In this document: positions 46,296 to 55,308 of the stretch, one piece after another
Layout of the letters: each line of letters starts with the position of its first letter
How positions within the stretch are numbered: the first letter of the stretch is position 1
Virus record (IMG/VR): IMGVR_UViG_3300017917_000715
Span: 7,169 to 71,168 of that record
Source of the DNA: a virus
Direction: 5' to 3' (one strand)
DNA: 64,000 bases
Translations under genes and position numbers: made by a program
The notes under the pieces: model-generated
The model's input: the letters and a program-made list of their open reading frames with translations, nothing else
Told to the model about the DNA's origin: nothing
Database searches by the model: none

Positions 46296-48476
46296 TTAGC
46301 TCTTATTGTCTGTTACTTTGGCGTCTTCAGATTTTGAATCCGAACTTAACGCTTTCTTAGGATCAGGAGTCTTCTGTAATTCGTATAGCGGACGTCTATA
46401 ACCTAATAACGTTTGTGTAAATCTGCCACCTTTAAATACATTTGTAATTTGATTAATTTTGTACAAACCAGTAAAAGCAATAACAGGACTTGCTTTACCT
46501 GCTTTTACCAAATTAAATGTGTTTGCACTTTTAAAATCGTACAACCCTGTAGCAGAATTAATATCTAACGGGCTTCTAAAATAAACACCAATATCAACTT
46601 CTCCGTTTTGCCAATTTACTGATCCATCTTTGTTTAAATCTTTCACCCCAGGTTGAGGTTTTGATGTATAATTACCTACACCACTGTTTACAATCCAGTA
46701 AGGATCTCCCATAATTTCCATAGACAAATTAATCATGTCGTTAGGATTAGTAATACCAAGATGAAAAAATCTTCCTGCTCTGTTTGCTGCGGTTTCCTGG
46801 CCACCGCTTCCATAATTGTCAAGCGGGGCACTTGTTGCATCTTGACGAACTTGACTTGTTGTTATTCCTATAACGCCGTCAGGTTTTGAGCCTGTGTTTG
46901 TTTGAGTAGTAGCATTGCCAGGTTCTGCTTTGTTTGAATTTGCATTTGCTTGTTTATCAGCAAGGCTTTCGTCAATAGTGTTCTTACCGTCGTCGGCGGC
47001 TAACACGTTTGCAAAATTAATACTATAGTCAATGTCAAATTTTAAAATTTCACTATTCTTACCTGTATACAAGTAATCATAATTCTTAACAAGTTGTTGT
47101 TTGATGCCGTCATATCCCGGTGGCGGCTCATTGGCCGGCATTGATTTTCCTACATGAGCATCATACGGTACAACTCGATAAACAATTAATCTAGGATATG
47201 TACCAGTTTTTGGTAAGTTATCTTCCGAAGGCAAATAATATACCTGAGTATCAATTCTCCACCACTTTCTCATTCCTGTTGGGGAAATTGCTCCGGACTT
47301 TAATGCAACTTTAGGATAATTACTTGTTAGCAGTACTTGATTAATAACTGCAGGTATGTCCATGTTTTGAGTAAACTTCAATGTGCCTTCTTTAGAATTA
47401 ACAACCATTGACCCTCGTTTCCATATTCCTGTTTTTTCATCGTATGTTTCGCTTTCTTTTGCAGTAGACGAGTCACCTTTTCGTTCGTAGGTGTATCCCA
47501 TCTCTGCAGAACCTAATTGATTTAATTCTGTATTTTGTGCAAAATCTGATTCGTTGACGCCAATCTTTTCAAAAACAGTTCCGGCAGACTTAGCAACGGT
47601 AGTTGTTACGGTTGCACCGCTATCTGTTGTAGCGGTTGGGCCACCGCCGTCACTAGAAATGTCCGTTGGAAATAATATTACTACTTTGTCGGCAACTTTT
47701 ACTTGGCCATTTGTTACAAACTGTTCTAATCTTTCATTCACTACTGATTGCAAACTTTGTTTTCCTGTTTGCAAAACCTCTTGAACAGTCTTACCTTTAA
47801 TGACTGTTTCAGATTTTAAATTTGCATACTGTGTTGTTAACGCTTGGCCTTGAGAAGCGTATGCTTCTATAATATATTTTGATCCAGTTTCACTTGCTTT
47901 TAGTTGTATTGTTGTTAATCTAATTGGAATATATCTTGTTGAGAATGGAACTTTTAAAATTTGACCGGTTTCTGTATTCCCTCTAAACTCAATAGTTAAT
48001 AAAAACGGAGCATCTCTCCAATTTTTAAAACCACAACTTGCTGCAGCTGTTTGTAAGGCCATAACAAAAACACCTAAACTATAAGGTTCGTAGACTTCAA
48101 ACTTTACAGTTACTACGTTAGTTGCTCTCGCATCAGTTAAACCAATAACTGCATCCATTACTAAATTATCAATAAAGAAATCGTACTTTCCGTACGCAGT
48201 ACCTACTCGGTTGTTTGGATCTGCGCCTGCTGTTTTACAAATTAAAGGCATCACTTTACCTTTAATATAAGTTTGATCAGGAAAATTATAATCAGTGCGA
48301 GTCATTGCACTTAAACCAATTACATAATCATAACTTGCATATTTTGAAAGTACGTTAGGTGCTGGTAACGCACCGCCCAGTGGAGTTGCACCTACACCAA
48401 GAACATTAACTATTCCAGATTTAGCACCTAAGTTGCCTATTGCCGATACTGTTGCTCCTGCTGCTTCTAAGGTCAT
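46296..48476 (-). CDS. baseplate hub protein (gp27-like)
   Basis: Located between gp53-like and gp5-like genes; MEIMGDPYW and TGLYKINQITNVFKGGRFTQ motifs. Confidence 0.62.
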   Translation of the reverse strand: MTLEAAGATVSAIGNLGAKSGIVNVLGVGATPLGGALPAPNVLSKYASYDYVIGLSAMTRTDYNFPDQTYIKGKVMPLICKTAGADPNNRVGTAYGKYDFFIDNLVMDAVIGLTDARATNVVTVKFEVYEPYSLGVFVMALQTAAASCGFKNWRDAPFLLTIEFRGNTETGQILKVPFSTRYIPIRLTTIQLKASETGSKYIIEAYASQGQALTTQYANLKSETVIKGKTVQEVLQTGKQSLQSVVNERLEQFVTNGQVKVADKVVILFPTDISSDGGGPTATTDSGATVTTTVAKSAGTVFEKIGVNESDFAQNTELNQLGSAEMGYTYERKGDSSTAKESETYDEKTGIWKRGSMVVNSKEGTLKFTQNMDIPAVINQVLLTSNYPKVALKSGAISPTGMRKWWRIDTQVYYLPSEDNLPKTGTYPRLIVYRVVPYDAHVGKSMPANEPPPGYDGIKQQLVKNYDYLYTGKNSEILKFDIDYSINFANVLAADDGKNTIDESLADKQANANSNKAEPGNATTQTNTGSKPDGVIGITTSQVRQDATSAPLDNYGSGGQETAANRAGRFFHLGITNPNDMINLSMEIMGDPYWIVNSGVGNYTSKPQPGVKDLNKDGSVNWQNGEVDIGVYFRSPLDINSATGLYDFKSANTFNLVKAGKASPVIAFTGLYKINQITNVFKGGRFTQTLLGYRRPLYELQKTPDPKKALSSDSKSEDAKVTDNKS

Positions 48477-48477
48477 A

Positions 48478-48777
48478 TTAGATTCCTAACACAGTTCTTA
48501 AACTGCTATTCTTTGGAATGTAAATTTTCTTCCCTGGAACAAAATCAAAAATAGGATCTTGAAGAACATCTAGGTTTCGTTGAATAAACACCCACCATAA
48601 ACTTGCTTCTCCGTACAAGTCAAATGCAAGTAAGTCGGGACGATTTGTATACTGCGGTTCTATCACATATAGAAAATCGTCTGGTTCTGCACTAACGGGT
48701 CTAATTGATAAAATATCAAGATAGTTTTCTTTTAAACGTGTAGTGTACCAAGGACTAGTATTAGTATAATTTGCCAT
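48478..48777 (-). CDS. gp53: baseplate wedge subunit, gp53/LysM-like
   Basis: RPDLLAFDLYG..LWWVF..RN motif. Confidence 0.85.
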   Translation of the reverse strand: MANYTNTSPWYTTRLKENYLDILSIRPVSAEPDDFLYVIEPQYTNRPDLLAFDLYGEASLWWVFIQRNLDVLQDPIFDFVPGKKIYIPKNSSLRTVLGI

Positions 48778-48779
48778 AA

Positions 48780-49784
48780 TTAAATGTATCCAAAACTGTT
48801 ACTTAGATAACCACCAGTAACAAACTGATCAAGACTAAATTTACGAGCAGCAGTTCTGCTGTACATCGGTGTTAGTGTAATACTAAATGTGCTCTTTGCT
48901 GGAACATAAGCTAGGCCACCGCTAGTTTTTCCACCAATGCCAAACGCACCGCCTAATGCTGCAAGTTGACTTATGCCTCCTGCAATATCGCCTAACGGAT
49001 TTGTATAAGGTGCTATACCAGGAATAGTTGCACCTAGTGTTTCAGCTAAACCACCTAAGTTGTCAGCTACACTTGCAATAGAACCTGCAGCACTACCAAC
49101 TACTTCGGTTGAAATATAATCAGTATCGTTTGGTAGTTGGCAACTAAATGCTGTTACTGCTACCGGAATGTTCTTAAAAACATAGTTTCCGTATCCGTTT
49201 AGGAACACAATAGGCGGAGGATTTCCAGCTTTTGAATCATTTCCGCTGAACATTTTTTCAGCAGACCTTAAATAATGTAGAGCTGCGATCCAATACAACG
49301 CTTGTGAGCTGTCTTCTACGTTCATTGGCGCTTGTATATCAATAGTTCCTGGATCAGAACTCTTAAATGCGTTAAAAGGAAAGTTAGTGTGAACAACAGG
49401 TTCAGCACTATATTTGGCACTAGACTTAATCGTAATTGTAGGAGTATAAGGAAAAATTAACCCACCAGCATCTTTAAGTGGTTTTAGTACCGGGCTATTT
49501 TTAAAACTGATCCAATTAGGGAGACTTAATCTGACACGCCAATCGCCTGCGGCGGCATCGCCACCAAAGCTAGAAATTGCGCTTTCTAAATCGCCAATTG
49601 CTTCGCCTGCGGCTGGCAAATTGATTGCTCGAATTGCACTACCAATACTATTAAAACTATTCAAACTAGATAATGCTGAGCCAAGTCGCTGGGCGGTATT
49701 AATACCAGTTACTACAGCACTAAATGTTGCACCTGCTGCATTTATTTTAGTGTTTAAGTTCTGTCCACGATCAAATGTTGCCAT
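48780..49784 (-). CDS. baseplate/tail tube junction protein (gp48/gp54-like)
   Basis: LIFPYTPTI and GNPPPIVFLNGYG motifs; first gene of the baseplate operon. Confidence 0.65.
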   Translation of the reverse strand: MATFDRGQNLNTKINAAGATFSAVVTGINTAQRLGSALSSLNSFNSIGSAIRAINLPAAGEAIGDLESAISSFGGDAAAGDWRVRLSLPNWISFKNSPVLKPLKDAGGLIFPYTPTITIKSSAKYSAEPVVHTNFPFNAFKSSDPGTIDIQAPMNVEDSSQALYWIAALHYLRSAEKMFSGNDSKAGNPPPIVFLNGYGNYVFKNIPVAVTAFSCQLPNDTDYISTEVVGSAAGSIASVADNLGGLAETLGATIPGIAPYTNPLGDIAGGISQLAALGGAFGIGGKTSGGLAYVPAKSTFSITLTPMYSRTAARKFSLDQFVTGGYLSNSFGYI

Positions 49785-49805
49785 AATATTTCCTCTTTGG
49801 TGTAA

Positions 49806-49813
49806 TATTTAGT
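49806..49813 (-). promoter_or_regulatory. T4-type late promoter variant (ACTAAATA) for the baseplate operon
   Basis: TAAATA core ~20 nt upstream of ATG 49784, which has a GAGGA RBS. Confidence 0.55.
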
Positions 49814-49841
49814 TGACTTTTTAATATGCGTACATTATACT
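49813..49841 (+). promoter_or_regulatory. sigma70-type promoter for the gp55-gp47-gp46 operon
   Basis: TTGACT (49813-49818), 17 bp spacer, TATACT (49836-49841); GGAG RBS before ATG 49865. Confidence 0.8.
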
Positions 49842-49864
49842 GTAACAATCCGGAGACTTGATTA

Positions 49865-50698
49865 ATGACAACCAAAGTAAATTACCTAAACAACAAGGAT
49901 ATGTTGTTAGAGATACATCGAAGTAAAAGCTCATACTGTGTTTTTAAAGACCCTAGCTATCACCAATATGATATTATTCTACCTAGCTTAGAAAAAATTA
50001 ATATTCGAACTATTGCAGAAGCTAAAAGAAACAAAGCAAAACGGTTAGGAGATGCAGAATATGCTCGCCGAAAAGCTGCTGGTGAAAAGGTAAAACAAGC
50101 TGATTGTGAAGTTGACTATAAAAAGATTGCTAAAGAAGAACTAATATTTCGTATAATGACATACGATCATGTTCCAACGAATAATATTCGAAAGAAAAAT
50201 CCAAAAAGTACTGCTGACAAACACGATAAAGTAAACTTTCCCCCATTCCAACATTGGAAATTTAATGAAAACGATGAGCTAGTATGCGTTGGAAAAAGCC
50301 ACTGGAAGGGTTCGTTAGAAAAAGGTAAGTTTGACAAAGATGCTGGCCAAATTACTCCAACATTAGCAAGAATGATGTTAAAGTTGTGTGAGCGATATGC
50401 TACTCGTGGCAATGTCCGCGGCTATACTTACAATGACGAAATGAAGGGGCAAGCTATCTTGCAATTAACACAAATAGGACTACAATTTGATGAATCGAAG
50501 TCGGACAATCCTTTTGCGTATTTTACTGCGGCTGTTACTAATAGCTTTGTTCGTGTTATTAATATCGAAAAGCGTAACCAAAATATCCGCGATGACATTT
50601 TAGAAATGAACGGAATGAACCCAAGTTACAGCAGAACGGGGCAAGGTGAGCACGAAGCGGCTGTAAAAAGATACACTGAAGGTCTTAACGATGAGTAA
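49865..50698 (+). CDS. gp55: late transcription sigma factor, T4 gp55-like
   Basis: YLNNKDML N-terminus; RGYTYNDEM...FDESKSDNPFAYFT...SFVRVINIEK; synteny with gp47/gp46. Confidence 0.88.
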   Translation: MTTKVNYLNNKDMLLEIHRSKSSYCVFKDPSYHQYDIILPSLEKINIRTIAEAKRNKAKRLGDAEYARRKAAGEKVKQADCEVDYKKIAKEELIFRIMTYDHVPTNNIRKKNPKSTADKHDKVNFPPFQHWKFNENDELVCVGKSHWKGSLEKGKFDKDAGQITPTLARMMLKLCERYATRGNVRGYTYNDEMKGQAILQLTQIGLQFDESKSDNPFAYFTAAVTNSFVRVINIEKRNQNIRDDILEMNGMNPSYSRTGQGEHEAAVKRYTEGLNDE

Positions 50699-51704
50699 TT
50701 TATTTAAGAAGGTGGCTTGTTTTACAGATATCCACTTTGGATTAAAGTCAAACAGTTCAGTTCATAACAAGGATTGTGAAGATTTTATAGATTGGTATAT
50801 ACAAAAAGCCAAGGAGGAAGGATGTGACACAGGTATTTTTATGGGCGACTGGCATCACAACAGGAATAGTCTTAACATTACTACTATGGACTACTCCTTA
50901 CGAGCACTGGAGAAACTTGGACAGGCTTTTGATCAGTTTTATTTTTTTCCTGGCAATCACGATCTTTATTATAAAGATAAACGAGATATCCACAGCGTTG
51001 AATTTGGAAAGTATATTCCCGGAATCACAGTGGTACACGAACCGACTACCGTTGGGAACGTTACGCTCTGCCCGTGGTTAGTTAGTGACGAATGGAAACA
51101 AATAGGTAAAAAGAAAGCCAAGTATATCTTTGGGCACTTTGAACTTCCACACTTTTACATGAACGCTATGGTTCAAATGCCAGATCATGGTGAAATACAG
51201 TTAGATGCATTTGAAGGATACGAATTAGGATTCAGCGGGCACTTCCATAAGCGGCAAAGCAAAGGAAACATGCACTATATTGGTAATGCGTTTCCACACA
51301 ACTACGCTGATGCTTGGGATGATGACCGCGGTATGATGATTTTAGAGTGGGGGAAGCAACCAGAATACCATTCTTGGCCAGGTCAACCAACATTTCGCAC
51401 AGTAACTTTAAGCAGGCTCATTGACGAAGCTGACACATTAATTAAACCTAAACAACATTTGCGTGTTAGTTTAGACATTGACATTAGCTATGAAGAAGCA
51501 AGTTTCATTAAAGAAAACTTTATGGCCAATTATGACATCCGTGAGTTAACTTTAATTACAGAACGAAAAGAAGTTGAGATTAATACTAACATTGATATAC
51601 AACAGTTTGAGTCTGTTGACCAAATTGTATCGAATCAACTTGTAAGTATCGAAAGCGATACGTATAATAAGAATACGCTACTAGCGATTTATAACAGTTT
51701 ATGA
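50691..51704 (+). CDS. gp47: recombination endonuclease subunit, gp47/Mre11/SbcD-like
   Basis: Metallophosphoesterase motifs DIHFG, GDWHH, GNHD and SGHFH. Confidence 0.95.
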   Translation: MSNLFKKVACFTDIHFGLKSNSSVHNKDCEDFIDWYIQKAKEEGCDTGIFMGDWHHNRNSLNITTMDYSLRALEKLGQAFDQFYFFPGNHDLYYKDKRDIHSVEFGKYIPGITVVHEPTTVGNVTLCPWLVSDEWKQIGKKKAKYIFGHFELPHFYMNAMVQMPDHGEIQLDAFEGYELGFSGHFHKRQSKGNMHYIGNAFPHNYADAWDDDRGMMILEWGKQPEYHSWPGQPTFRTVTLSRLIDEADTLIKPKQHLRVSLDIDISYEEASFIKENFMANYDIRELTLITERKEVEINTNIDIQQFESVDQIVSNQLVSIESDTYNKNTLLAIYNSL

Positions 51705-53479
51705 TTAAAATAAAAGAACTAACAGTAAAAAACTTCATGAGTGTGGGCAACCAAACTCAAGCTGTTAACTTTAATAAAGAACACCTTACACTTGTATTAG
51801 GTGAAAACTTAGATATGGGCGGTGATGATAGTGGTTCCCGTAACGGAACTGGTAAGACAACTATTGTCAATGCACTAAGTTATGCTTTATTTGGTAATGC
51901 GTTGACTAACATTAAAAAAGATAATTTAATAAACAAAATCAATAATAAAAATATGTTAGTCACGCTCTCTTTTGAGAAAGACGGTATAGACTATCGCATT
52001 GAACGAGGACGAAAACCTAACATATTACAGTTCTTTGTTAACGATGAAGCACAAGAGCAAGAAGAAACCGACGATGCTCAAGGCGATATGCGTGAAACAC
52101 AAAAGGATTTAGATGATCTGTTGGGCATGAGCCACGATATGTTTAAGCACATTGTAGCTCTTAATACCTATACAGAACCATTCTTGAGTATGCGAGCTAA
52201 TGATCAACGTGCTATTATTGAGCAGTTGTTAGGAATTACCATTCTTAGTGAAAAAGCAGAAACACTTAAAGAACTAATTCGTCAGACTAAAGAATCTATT
52301 ACTCAAGAAAACGCAAATATTGAAGCAACTAAGCGATCAAACGAAAAGATTCAACAAAGTATTGATAGCTTGTTAACTAGACAGAACGCATGGAATACTC
52401 AAAGAGATAACGATTTAGAAAAGATAGGTCGTGCTATTATCGAACTTGAGGGTGTAGATATTGAAGCAGAGCTACAAGCTCACGCAGATCTTAAGATACA
52501 TCAAGAGCAGTCTACAAGACTGCGGAGCCTTAGCAAGGAGAGGGCAACGCTAGAAAGCGCAACAGCGCAAGCGGAGCGAAGCGTAGCAAAATACGCTAGC
52601 GAATTAAGTAAGCTGGCTAATAAAACCTGTCACGCATGTGAACAAGAGCTACACGATCACAAGCACGAAGAGATGACCACTACTGCTCAAAAGCATTTAG
52701 ATGAAGCTAATGCGTATGCTCTAAAGGTTGCTACTGACCTTGCTAAGATTCAAGATGAAATTACTGCTATTGGCGAGCTAGGCAAGCAACCTGATACTTA
52801 TTATGAAACTGTTGAAGAAGCTCTTAAGCATCAAAACAATTTAAAAACTCTAGAAACACAACTAACAGTTCGTGCAGGTGAAGTTGATCCATATCAAGAC
52901 CAAATTGATGAGCTTATGGAAACTGCTATGCAGGAAATTACTTGGGACAAGATTAACGAACTGGGCAGCTTAAAGGACCATCAAGAGTTCTTGCTTAAAC
53001 TGCTAACTTCTAAAGATAGTTTTATCCGTAAGAAAATTATTGATCAAAACTTGGCATACTTAAACAACCGCTTGACTTATTACTTAGACAAGATGGGATT
53101 ACCGCATACTGTCTTGTTCCAAAACGACTTGTCAGTATTAATTACCCAGTTAGGACAAGACTTAGACTTTGATAACTTATCGCGTGGTGAGCGCAATCGT
53201 TTAATACTTGGCTTGTCTTGGTCGTTCCGTGATGTGTGGGAGTCGTTGTATCAAAACATTAACTTATTATTTGTTGATGAGCTTATTGACAACGGCTTAG
53301 ATGCGTCAGGTGTTGAGTCTGCACTAGCAGTACTTAAGAAAATGGCTCGTGAACGTAGCAAAAACATATTCTTAATTTCGCACAAAGACGAATTACAAGG
53401 TCGTGTAAACAATGTACTTAAAGTTGTTAAAGAAAACGGCTTTACTTCATATGCTACAGACTTAGAGGTAACAGAATGA
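51701..53479 (+). CDS. gp46: recombination ATPase subunit, gp46/Rad50/SbcC-like
   Basis: Walker A NGTGKT, coiled coil with CHAC zinc hook, LSRGE signature, Walker B LFVDE and ISH. Confidence 0.95.
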   Translation: MIKIKELTVKNFMSVGNQTQAVNFNKEHLTLVLGENLDMGGDDSGSRNGTGKTTIVNALSYALFGNALTNIKKDNLINKINNKNMLVTLSFEKDGIDYRIERGRKPNILQFFVNDEAQEQEETDDAQGDMRETQKDLDDLLGMSHDMFKHIVALNTYTEPFLSMRANDQRAIIEQLLGITILSEKAETLKELIRQTKESITQENANIEATKRSNEKIQQSIDSLLTRQNAWNTQRDNDLEKIGRAIIELEGVDIEAELQAHADLKIHQEQSTRLRSLSKERATLESATAQAERSVAKYASELSKLANKTCHACEQELHDHKHEEMTTTAQKHLDEANAYALKVATDLAKIQDEITAIGELGKQPDTYYETVEEALKHQNNLKTLETQLTVRAGEVDPYQDQIDELMETAMQEITWDKINELGSLKDHQEFLLKLLTSKDSFIRKKIIDQNLAYLNNRLTYYLDKMGLPHTVLFQNDLSVLITQLGQDLDFDNLSRGERNRLILGLSWSFRDVWESLYQNINLLFVDELIDNGLDASGVESALAVLKKMARERSKNIFLISHKDELQGRVNNVLKVVKENGFTSYATDLEVTE

Positions 53480-53877
53480 AGATAGGGTTTACTTGTTCAA
53501 CGTTTGATTTGTTTCACGCTGGGCATGTTATGATGCTTAAAGAAGCTAAAGAGCAATGCGATTACTTGATAGTTGGACTACAAACAGATCCAACTATTGA
53601 CCGAGACTGGAAAAACAAACCAGTCCAAGGTGTGTTTGAACGATTTGTACAGCTACAGGCTTGTAAATTTGTTGACGAAGTTGTAGTATACGCTACTGAA
53701 AAAGAATTGCGTGACATATTATTGTCATATCCAATTAATATTCGCATACTAGGCGAAGAGTATAAAGACAAAGGATTTACTGGATGTGAAATTCCTATGG
53801 AATACTATTACAATCAGCGCAAACACTCGTTTAGTACAACAGAATTGCGCCAACGAGTGATCGATGCATCAAGATGA
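53476..53877 (+). CDS. cytidylyltransferase (TagD/glycerol-3-phosphate cytidylyltransferase-like)
   Basis: TFDLFHAGH HxGH motif, CDYLIVGL and RKHSFSTTELR. Confidence 0.9.
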   Translation: MKIGFTCSTFDLFHAGHVMMLKEAKEQCDYLIVGLQTDPTIDRDWKNKPVQGVFERFVQLQACKFVDEVVVYATEKELRDILLSYPINIRILGEEYKDKGFTGCEIPMEYYYNQRKHSFSTTELRQRVIDASR

Positions 53878-54091
53878 AGAACTACATGCTGAGTTGCTCA
53901 GAGTCTTTAGAGAATACTTTGAAGCAAACCAGCGTTGGATCAACGAAGGCACTAAGGTGTCGGCTATACGATTGCGACAAAAACTTTCAGAGATACGTAC
54001 CATTTGTAGCAAGCGGAGAGTTGTTGTCCGTGACTGGGCTGTAGAAAAAGAAGCGCAGTTAGCGGAACGTAAAGAAAAACGTAAAAAATGA
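53864..54091 (+). CDS. small basic Hc1 (histone H1-like) family protein
   Basis: GTKVSAIRLRQKLSEIRTICSKRR resembles the G.K.AG.RARK.L.EL...K..R Hc1 pattern. Confidence 0.6.
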   Translation: MHQDEELHAELLRVFREYFEANQRWINEGTKVSAIRLRQKLSEIRTICSKRRVVVRDWAVEKEAQLAERKEKRKK

Positions 54092-54840
54092 TTAGGCAAG
54101 TACCAATATCAGTTAACACTTTGTATATTAATGGTGATTCGTGGGCTTATGGTAGCGAGTTGCGTGACCCAACAGCTCTAGACATTACCAACGACTTTGA
54201 TCCAGTACATGACAACTACCGCAAGGCACACAACTGGACCGGACAGATAGCTAGAGCATATGACCTTGAGCTAGTAGACAGTTCATGGGCCGGTGGCAGT
54301 AACGAACGCATTGTTCGTACAACCATTGCTGACGTTACAAACTTATTACAGCAACGCAAGAAACCGTTTGTTATTATTGCTTGGACACAAATGCAACGCT
54401 TTGAGTTGTTTACCAATGGCTGTTGGAAAGAGTTTGTAGGACCAAATGATCGATCAACTCCCCAAATAGGATTCGAAATTTGGGAAAAGTACAGTTCAGA
54501 TCATTCAGACTTGTTAAAATATTTGCAACAAGTTATATTATTAGATGCATTTCTCAAAGTAAACAATGTTCCTTACTTTGGGACTAACGTATTCAGGCAC
54601 AATTATTCGATACTGGAGGACTATGCAAGAGATCCTGCATTTAAGCCCTACCTGTATCAACTAAACAAAGTAGTACAATTAGAAAGGCACATGTACAACT
54701 ATGCTATTAGCCAAATCTTAACTGCACATCTCGATGTTGAGTACGGTGTAGGAGGACATCCGCTAGAGCGTGGGCATACTATCATAGCAGAATATCTTAA
54801 AGCACAATTAGACCAAAGATTCAAAATCACCAAGGCATAA
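54088..54840 (+). CDS. SGNH/GDSL-hydrolase-like protein
   Basis: NGDSW block I, GGSNERI block II and C-terminal GHP...GH. Confidence 0.72.
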   Translation: MIRQVPISVNTLYINGDSWAYGSELRDPTALDITNDFDPVHDNYRKAHNWTGQIARAYDLELVDSSWAGGSNERIVRTTIADVTNLLQQRKKPFVIIAWTQMQRFELFTNGCWKEFVGPNDRSTPQIGFEIWEKYSSDHSDLLKYLQQVILLDAFLKVNNVPYFGTNVFRHNYSILEDYARDPAFKPYLYQLNKVVQLERHMYNYAISQILTAHLDVEYGVGGHPLERGHTIIAEYLKAQLDQRFKITKA

Positions 54841-54864
54841 CCAATCCGTGGCATACATAAGTGC

Positions 54865-55308
54865 ATGTCATGGTATTACAAAGATCAACTAATTGAAACC
54901 CTCCCTGAGGACTGTGTTGGCTTTGTGTATATCATAACTAACCTCTTAAGCGACCGGAAATACATAGGCAAAAAACTAGCTAAATTTTCCAAAACTACAT
55001 ATAAAACAGTAAAACTTAAAAACGGCACAAAGAAAAAGAAAAAGATTCGCAGTAAAATAGACAGCGACTGGCAAGAATATTATGGTTCTAGCCCAGAATT
55101 ATCTAAAGATATTGCGGAATTAGGCACAGCAAACTTCAAAAGAGAAATACTTTTTTACTGTACTAGCAAGGCAGAATGTAGTTATATCGAGGCTCGCGAA
55201 CAATTTTCCCGCAAAGTTTTAGAATCAAATGAGTATTATAACGGCCATATTCAAGTAAGAGTACACGGCTCACATATAATCAAGGCTCAACAAAAACAGG
55301 CAAAATAA
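54865..55308 (+). CDS. minimal GIY-YIG endonuclease (Seg-like catalytic domain only)
   Basis: GFVYIITN...RKYIGKK, YYGSS, FKREIL, EAREQF and YYN; Lys-rich insert; no C-terminal DNA-binding repeats. Confidence 0.88.
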   Translation: MSWYYKDQLIETLPEDCVGFVYIITNLLSDRKYIGKKLAKFSKTTYKTVKLKNGTKKKKKIRSKIDSDWQEYYGSSPELSKDIAELGTANFKREILFYCTSKAECSYIEAREQFSRKVLESNEYYNGHIQVRVHGSHIIKAQQKQAK

